A DNA stretch of 28,818 bases from Sarea resinae (lineage: Eukaryota): contig JAPEUD010000042.1 in the NCBI GenBank assembly GCA_026026165.1, positions 186,001 to 214,818 of the forward strand, written 5' to 3'. The position numbers were made by a program, and so were the translations under genes. Positions within the stretch are counted from its first letter, which is position 1, and each line of letters starts with the position of its first letter. Below the pieces are notes generated by a model that saw only the letters and a list, made by a program, of their open reading frames with translations, had not been told where the DNA came from and ran no database searches. Shown piece after piece: positions 21,382 to 28,818 of the stretch.

Positions 21382-22576
21382 ATGAGCTCCGATGGCCCCC
21401 CTCCCAGCAATATCCTCAACCAGGTCACCTCCACGGCCTCGACGCTGTTCTCCTACATGCGGATCCCCGTCATCGCATCCTCGGGCATCGCCGCCCTTCT
21501 AAGCGGCCTCTTATATTTCAAGCAAAAGTGCGGCCCCTGAGACAGTCTCTCCCTGAAGTCTATGCCTAACGCATGATCGTCGCAGTGAACTCATCTATCC
21601 GCGCAATATCCCCACCGACGCCCGTACCGCCGTTCCCCGACCCCTCGAATTCGGCATCCGCGACTACGAAGAGCTTTCGATCCCCACGCCCGACGGTGAG
21701 AGCATCAGCGCGTTCTTCATCCGCCCGTCCAACAGGCAATTTGCTCGCTCCATAACCGTTATCATGTTCCACGGTAACGCAGGCAACATCGGCCACCGCA
21801 TCCCCATCGCCGCTCTCCTGGAGCGCAACATCGGCTGCAACGTGCTCCTGCTCGAATACCGCGGCTACGGCCTCTCGACGGGGGTCCCGGACGAAAAGGG
21901 GTTGATGATCGATGCGCAGACGGGGCTGGACTATATCCGCGAGCGCGCCGAGACGAGAAACACCAAGATCGTCGTCTACGGGCAGAGTCTGGGTGGGGCG
22001 GTGGCGATCCAGCTAGTAGCGAAGAACAAGGGCACGGGCGACATTGCGGGGCTGATATTAGAGAACACCTTTCTGTCCATACGCAAGCTGATACCGAGCG
22101 TCATCCCGCCCGCCCGGTATATTGCTCGGTTCTGCCACCAGATCTGGCCCAGCGAGACCGTTCTGCCGACAATAACAGATATCCCCATCCTCTTCCTTGC
22201 GGGCCTTCAAGACGAAATAATACCGTAAGCCAACCTTTCGTATCTCTGCCCCTCCTCCACCTCGATTGTGTTTCAAGGCGCAAACAATATCCCCCTTCTC
22301 TCCCTCTCTCTCCTCTCTCTCAACTCATTTAGTCTCCGCACTAACCTCTCTCACTTACCCCCAAACAGACCCTCCCACATGACATCCCTGCACGCGCTCT
22401 GCACCGCGCGTACCAAGGTATTCGAGTCCTTCCCCTACGGCACGCACAACGACACCGTGGACTGCAAGCGCTATTTCGAATCCATCACCAAATTCCTGTT
22501 GCAGTTCGTCCTGCACGTCCCGCCGGAGAAATGGCCCCGGGAGTATGTGGAACTGGCGCAGATCTTCGAGTATTGA
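21382..22576 (+). CDS. bem46: Bem46/ABHD13-family alpha/beta hydrolase
   Basis: Exons 21382-21527, 21586-22224, 22369-22576. N-terminal anchor LLYFKQNELIYP; FHGNAGNIGHR; EYRGYG; nucleophile GQSLGGA; ENTF; acid QDEIIP; His in GTHNDT. Confidence 0.93.
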
Positions 22577-22599
22577 GGTAATGGCTTGAAAGGGAAAGC

Positions 22600-23790
22600 G
22601 CAAAAGGGGGGGGTGGGGACGTGAGAAGTATAGATGGGGTCGAAGAGATGAGAGGGAAAAAAGGGAAAAGGGAAGAGAAGGCGGATTTGATGCCTCACAC
22701 CCGCCTTTTCAAAAGAGAAAGAAAGGAAGAAAGAAAAGAAAGGAAGAGAGAATCACACATCACACATCTGAACATCTGGTTTCCGCAATTTTGTTTTTGG
22801 TTTGAATTCAATGATATCCACAAATTTCTTCTTCCTATCCTCTTTGTTTTTCCCTTCTTCATTATCACTTTTTGGATACATATATATACATATACATAAG
22901 TTTCCCCCCCTCGTTCTACGTCTTGATCTTCTACAGAGCACAGAGATCAGAGATAGTACTGGGACCAACATCGCGAGTTTTCCGGCGAGGGGGGAGGGGC
23001 TCTGTGTGTAAAAGTAGAGGCGTCAAAGGTATCAAGATCAAAAGCTAAAAGAAAAAGAAAGATAAAAGACTAGGTGTGTTAATCTTACCCCCCTTGAGTT
23101 CTACCTGAACTACTAGAACGAGAAAGCAAATAGATAAGAGAGAGAAAAAAAAGAAAAGAGAAAGGAGAAAAAAGAGGAAAGAGAGACCAAGGGGGCTCAT
23201 CTATATCTCTAGCCACTACTCTTCTCTCTCTTCTCTTCTCTCTTTTCTCTTCCCCCTTTTCCTCTGTCCCTCTGTCCCCCTCTCCGTCCTTTTTCACTTT
23301 TCAGGTCTCTGCTGTTTTGTTGTGGACATATTCAAGACTGTTAGCTGTGTGTGTGTTAGAGGGATATACCTCTCTCTTCTTCTCTTCTTCTTCTCCCCCC
23401 TCTCTTCCTGCCCCACCTTCCCGCCCGCCCACCCGCCTCTATATATATATACATATATACATACATACATACATACATACAGTATCTATCTACATGACAT
23501 ATACGCACAAACGATCTAAACCCTCCTCCCTCTCTCTCTCTTTTCCCCACTTTTTCTTTCTTCTAAAATGCCTTACTATATAAACCTGAGATTATACTTG
23601 ATCATCCAGAAAGCGAAAGTGAAAGCGGAGTATAGCAGAGTAGAGTAGAGTAGAGTAGATTAGTAGAGCCATGCAGGCCAGAAATAAAAAAAGGAAAACC
23701 CCGAATATCAAGCGGACGGCAAATCGATAGAGAGATACTATATATCTAGGTCGTACAGTACATACATACATACATATATACATATAGACA
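22600..23790. repeat. Low-complexity region between convergent genes: alternating purine/pyrimidine tracts, (TACA)n, (GAGTA)n
   Basis: (TACA)n at ~23457-23481 and ~23760-23775; (GAGTA)4 at ~23638-23658; several A/G and C/T tracts. Confidence 0.8.
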
Positions 23791-24364
23791 TAGAAACAGA
23801 CCCTCGCCCTTCTCTTCTGCGTTCCTTGAACCGGCAGGCCCCTGGTTCGAGGCTTTCGTCGTATCTGACCTGGCTGGTCTATGGCTAGCTGAGCCGAGCG
23901 GGTGATGTAGATGCTGGTTTTTCCTTTGGGAGGCCAGAAGGTGGGAGGGAGGGAGGCGGGACAAATGTCCGAGAAGGAGGAGGTTGGTTTCTGGTAGTCT
24001 CCTCTCACAGCAGCGAGATCTGTTGCTCGGGTGATATGGGCCCTGGATGCCTCTCTTCTGCTGTAGCAGCGGCCGGCACCTCTCTATGCCGTTGCTGGAT
24101 CGCCAGACGGCCCTTGCCCGTTGTTCTTTGCCATGGTCTGGCGAGAGACTTTGGGTGCGTACGCGCGCGGTGTGCTTGCTTCGAGATTGCTGTTGACTCG
24201 TGGCCACTGGTATGTTCCCCTCCCGCCTCCGCCCCGCTGGATATGGACGGGCAGGAGATGAATATAGGGGATCCGCGGGCGTTGTACAGCTCTCCCACGC
24301 CACACCGTATATCCATACCAATAGGAGCCCCCATTTTGCAAATTCGCCGAAAAGGTCCCCACGC

Positions 24365-25287
24365 CTATTTCTCTGTCGGTTTGGTGTCCGCTTCCGTCGA
24401 CGACGCTCTCAACCTCTCCATCGCCTCGTCCACGAGCGCGATCTCGGCATCCACACGCAGCAGCTTCTCTCTCAGCATGTCCTCATACTCGTCATCCGAG
24501 AGGATCTTCATGGGGCTCCATTTCGAGTTGGCCACACGCTGCAGGAAGTTTTTCTTGTCTGCTTTGTCTTCGTCCTCGGCATGTTTCTCGTTCAGCGCGT
24601 TGTAGAGGCCTTGGCCGACCAGTCCGAAGGCTGCGAACATGATCGTTCCTGGGATCACGTTGGCGCGTCCTCCTGTTTTGGAAACTATGTGATCAGTCTC
24701 TTTTTCCTTGGTGTGAGGGGAGACAAGACGTGGGGTGCTCGGAGTAGAAAGCTAGAAGGGAAGGGGGACGAACGGGTCAGGTAACCAACGCTTCCTCCCG
24801 CGAAGCCGCCGGCTAAACCGCTTGCATAGATGCGATCGCGGGACGTGAGCTTGTCGACGCCCCAGGCATTGTGAATGACCCCTTTGGCAGCTGCTCAATG
24901 GCTTAGCCCGAGTCAAACACGATGTAGAAAGGAAAGTAAGTGGTGTACCAGAGTATACGCTTCCGAGGGCGAACCACTGGATGCCGGAAGCAACAGCGAA
25001 TAGAGTTGGTGATGAGGACCGGACGACACCTGATGCGCCGCCTACAACAAGTCCGGCGAAGCCTTTAGGGTTGGATTTACGTTAGCAGGAGATACTTTTG
25101 AATCGGGTTGTCGAGACTCGGCGAAGATGAAGGTCTGTTGTGGTTGTAGGATGATATAGTTGTTGTGAAGCTTGAAAGGTGATTTCTAACCTGTAAAAGC
25201 ACCCGTCTGGAGCGCAGCCAAGGCAATCTGCTGATGAGGCAGCTGGCCCGTTGGCGGTGAAGCCCCAGTCCTGACAGTACCAGACAT
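24365..25287 (-). CDS. Uncharacterised membrane protein with Gly-zipper TM segments (Tim17/Tim22/Tim23-like layout) and C-terminal coiled coil
   Basis: Exons 25287-25191, 25062-24949, 24890-24774, 24672-24365, all GT-AG and phase-consistent. Gives ...GAFTGFAGLVVGGASGVVRSSSPTLFAVASGIQWFALGS...ASGLAGGFAGGSVGYLTRGRANVIPGTIMFAAFGLVGQ...WSPMKILSDDEYEDMLREKLLRVDAEIALVDE. Confidence 0.8.
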
Positions 25288-25625
25288 TTCAATTCGTGAA
25301 AAGTCGCACCAATGGCCAACGCAGCATCCAGATGTCCTGAAAGATTTCTTGAGAGCGTCCGGGTTTGCTATTGAGGTGTATGAAGTAGACATTATCATGG
25401 GAGATGATTACGGGCGGCTTGGCTCGCCAAATGCGCAATTCTCCGACAAGGGGCACATTCCGAGGTCCTTGAGCATCTCACAGGATTTCGATAATATTCC
25501 ACCATTGGAATATTACTGCTCATCCACGGCTCTCCCGACCTTCTCATCCATCTATCCATCAATCCTTTCACTCAGTCCTAATCTATAATGCTCGCTAATA
25601 TACAATACACGTAACAACACAACGT

Positions 25626-27092
25626 TCAGTCCTCGTCAATCTTCGTGTGGTACTCTCCGAGCAGGATATCATCCGGCGCAGGGCCGCTCATATTCCGCAC
25701 TACAAAGACACATTAGCTCTCACGCCCTCTGCTTGGTATCAATATGAAAGCTCACCCCACTCGGTCTCCGTTCTGAAAAATACCCAGATCCACCTCCTGA
25801 AAACCTCGAGAAACTCCATGACAAAGATACCACCCTCCAGATCATTAAAATGATCCAGATGCGGCGAGAGCTTGAGACTCCAGGTGCACCGTAGCAGCAA
25901 GTCGACAAAGATGACGACGTGATAGATGCGGGGCGTGTGGAAGTGGAGGTTGCGGCGCAGACCCCAGGGATGGGAGGGATCGTTGCGGGCGTAAGAGGAC
26001 GAGAAAAGGGTGAGGTCCCAATCTTTGGCAACATCCCAGTAGAAAGAGTAGAAGGAGTTGAAAAAGACGAAGAAAAGCCTGTATACTCATCAGTCGGTAA
26101 TTGACACGGAACTGGCTGAAGGAGACAGACCACAGACGGAAGAGACCAGCCTCGGTCATACCATATCTCGCTGGGTCGGTTCCTCGTTGCATGGCCGACA
26201 ATATGATGACGGGGAACGCGCTCGCGTACTTGAACGCGTTGGCAAGGTGCTGTCCTCCCCACCCCGAAGATGCCAGTCCGTTTGGCTTCCCAATGCTTTT
26301 CCTCACGCGCACATATTCGATTAAACATTGCCGTAATCGTATCAAACTAGGAATGGCGATGAGGATCGGAACTGCATAGGCCCCGCCACAGCTCCGGTCC
26401 GGCTTCCCCGTCGAAGACTTGTCGGACGAGAAAAACATGCACAGTGATATGAAGAGATCGCCCAGCACCTTTGAATACGACGTCAGCACATCAGCGAGTA
26501 GTATGTCGCCGAATTTGCCATCTTGCGCCTCTGCCAAGCCGCCGACACTGATGCGCTTGAGGGTGCCCAGGAACCAATACCGGCCTGTTCGCGAGAGCTG
26601 CTGAGTAGGAAGGAGAAAAAAGAACACCAGAAATACAAAGTAAAGTTGGGGTAGGATCTCCCAGCTGAGCACCAGCGCCGATTGCCCGTGGGTGACGGTC
26701 CAGAAAAGAAGGAGCGAAACCGCGAGCGGGATGGAGATGATCGTTGCTACGCGATACGTGGAGAGATGGGGAGGAGGAAGGGTGGAAGAGCCCCTTGAGG
26801 GATAACGGATCAATGCTGGCACATCCTACTATCATGAGCACCATGCGCCGTAGCCGGTCTTCACAGGAGGGGGGGGGAGAGAGCACGTACGATCTTGATC
26901 AGAGAAAGATAGTGGAGATTCAGGCCCCAGGCCCAGACCCCTAGGACCAATTAGCACATGAAGTCGTATAGGAAGACAGAACGACACGAAGCTGTACTCA
27001 CCCAGAACAAGAATCAACGAGACTCTGTATGGCAAGGGCAGGAACAAGCTGAAAGAGTCCAATGCGGGTTCGACGCGCGGATCTCCGTCCAT
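25626..27092 (-). CDS. ERD1: EXS-domain protein, ER-retention-defective ERD1
   Basis: Exons 27092-27002, 26940-26891, 26825-26131, 26078-25756, 25699-25626. Motifs LPLPYRV, GVWAWGLNLH, FGDILLADVLTSYSKV, IRLRQCL, HLANAFKY, NSFYSFYWDVAKDWDL, EVFRRWIWVFFRTETEW; no SPX domain. Confidence 0.92.
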
Positions 27093-27563
27093 CTTCTCCC
27101 CCAGCCTCCAACCAGGGCCCTGTAATGACCGCAAGGTGCACTTCAACGAATGACTAGAGTGAGGGGCTTGAAGCTGAAGCTGGAGCAAGAGCACCGGATG
27201 GTAGAGATGAGTGAGTGTCTGGATACTGTTCTAACTTATCTGTCGTGTCTTCTGTCTTCTCTAGAGTACTGCGCAGTAGAGTACTCCGTCGACCGTTGCA
27301 GTGGGTGGGTTGGGCCCGTCTACCGTAGTCTATGCCTGATATGGTACGGAGAGGTCTAGAGTCTCATCGTGCACCAAATCCGGGGAAGTGAAACTGAGTG
27401 AGCTGGACAGTGAGCCGAGGTATGCAACGGAGCTCTCTCTCCTCCAGACATCGACCAAAACATCCATCTCCGCGCCCGATCTCGAGCCTCAACTTTCCCC
27501 TTCCCCGCCACAACCACTCCCCCCTCTCTCACCGGCCACCCCCGGGCCTAGCAATGCACCGCC

Positions 27564-28766
27564 ATGGCCGACGAAGATGAACCCATCTCCGCGCGGACCG
27601 GCTCGTCCATGTCCGCCGCCAACAACAACTACCACTACCCCTTCGCCGCCGCGCCGGACATCATCCGCTCGCACCAAAAAGACGCCTACTTCCAGTCCGT
27701 GCTGCTGGAGCAGCTCTCCACGATCCTCCGCAACCTCTACGGCGCGCGCTTCATCCACCACCACGCGCCCGAAGCCCGCACCGTCTCCGACCTCCTCTAC
27801 CTCTGCCTGACCACCCTGATCGGCAACCGCACCCTGGGCGAAGAATACACCGACGTCGTCCAAGTCGAAGACGACACGCTCCGGCTGCCGTCCCTCCAGC
27901 GTCGCGCAGGCTACATCGCCTCGTCAATCCTGCTCCCCTACAGCTTAAGCCGGATCCTGCCATCCTTCCGACGTCGTCTGCGCGCCAAGCTCGAGCGCAA
28001 CCTCCAGCCGGACTCTAGCAAAACCCCGCCGCGCCACCCGCAGTGGAAACACAGACTGCAAACCTACCTCCTGACGAACCTCGACGTCCTGACCTCGCCG
28101 TCGCCCCTCTACGCCCTCAGCCTCACGGCCTTTTACTTCAGCGGCGCATACTACCACCTCTCGAAGCGGCTGGCGGGGCTCCGCTACATCTTCACCAAGC
28201 GCCTCGAGCCGTCCGAACAGCGCGTCGGCTACGAGGTCCTGGGCGTGCTGCTCGTGCTGCAGATGGCCGTGCAGGGCTGGCTACACATGCATCAGACGCT
28301 CTCCCACACTGACACGAACACGGACACTTCCCCACCCGCCGACATCTCATCCGCCACCTTCACCGCCGCCGCCGCCGCCGCCACCGCAGACGGTGGTACG
28401 GCCATGCTCGACAACGGCATCGAAATCCCCACCACCACCACCCTCCTCCCCGCATCCTCCGCCTCCCCCTCCAACCCTCCCACCACCACCACCACAACTA
28501 GCCTCTCCCACACCCTGCACACGCCCCACCCCCCACCCAACCAGCCGCACCACACGCTCGCCCACCCCCACACGATGCGCTTCATCCGCGGCCGCCCGCA
28601 GCGCACGTGCACGCTGTGCCTGGAGCCGATCAAGGACCCGTCCGCCACGACGTGCGGCCATCTCTTCTGCTGGACCTGTATCGTGCAGTGGTGTCGCGAG
28701 AAGCCCGAGTGCCCGCTCTGTCGCCAGGTGTGCTGGCCCCAGCATGTGCTGCCGCTGCGGCCTTGA
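27564..28766 (+). CDS. PEX10: Peroxin 10, RING-finger E3 ligase of the peroxisomal import machinery
   Basis: Single ORF of 400 aa: YPFAAAPDIIRSHQKD, GNRTLGEEY, FYFSGAYYHLSKR, GYEVLGVLL, and C3HC4 RING CTLCLE...CGHLFCWTC...CPLCRQ. Confidence 0.96.
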   Translation: MADEDEPISARTGSSMSAANNNYHYPFAAAPDIIRSHQKDAYFQSVLLEQLSTILRNLYGARFIHHHAPEARTVSDLLYLCLTTLIGNRTLGEEYTDVVQVEDDTLRLPSLQRRAGYIASSILLPYSLSRILPSFRRRLRAKLERNLQPDSSKTPPRHPQWKHRLQTYLLTNLDVLTSPSPLYALSLTAFYFSGAYYHLSKRLAGLRYIFTKRLEPSEQRVGYEVLGVLLVLQMAVQGWLHMHQTLSHTDTNTDTSPPADISSATFTAAAAAATADGGTAMLDNGIEIPTTTTLLPASSASPSNPPTTTTTTSLSHTLHTPHPPPNQPHHTLAHPHTMRFIRGRPQRTCTLCLEPIKDPSATTCGHLFCWTCIVQWCREKPECPLCRQVCWPQHVLPLRP

Positions 28767-28785
28767 TGTTTTGTTTTTTCCCTTT

Positions 28786-28787
<2 letters not shown>

Positions 28788-28818
<31 letters not shown>
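28788..28818. repeat. Terminal poly-G run
   Basis: 31 consecutive G at the window end; could be a real homopolymer at a contig break or a sequencing artefact. Confidence 0.7.

Noticed and set aside
25064..25072. TTAGGGTT as a telomere seed or telomerase RNA template
   Set aside because: Single copy inside an intron 3' end of a protein-coding gene.
16348..28766. Functional clustering of phosphate genes (cyclin, ERD1) or peroxisome genes (CoA ligase, PEX10)
   Set aside because: Separated by unrelated housekeeping genes with no shared specific motif; coincidence is sufficient.

Overview
Intron-rich filamentous ascomycete (Pezizomycotina-type) genomic DNA; no prokaryotic features, CRISPR array, rRNA/tRNA or transposase were seen. 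Manual splicing gives 11 apparently intact genes: Cyp15/PPWD1 cyclophilin (runs off the left edge), FAR-17a/AIG1 membrane protein, Zn2Cys6 transcription factor, peroxisomal 4-coumarate/phenylacetyl-CoA ligase-like enzyme, enoyl-reductase-like MDR, Pcl7-type PHO80-family cyclin, proteasome beta1 (PRE3), Bem46 hydrolase, an uncharacterised Gly-zipper (Tim17-like) membrane protein, ERD1 and PEX10. At about 9.5-10.3 kb two frameshifted gene relics (an SDR and a transcription-factor N-terminus) abut tail-to-tail at an apparent deletion junction. The most notable items are that junction, a 26-bp-period CGG array upstream of the MDR gene, the PRE3 catalytic Thr on a 15-nt micro-exon, a GC-AG intron, a recurring GTACTCCG promoter motif, a Pro-rich uORF before bem46 and a collapsed TPP-riboswitch-like string. 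I found no clear evidence of a wholly new biological system; the window is mostly housekeeping genes with a small decaying accessory patch. All family calls come from motif recognition, not database searches.
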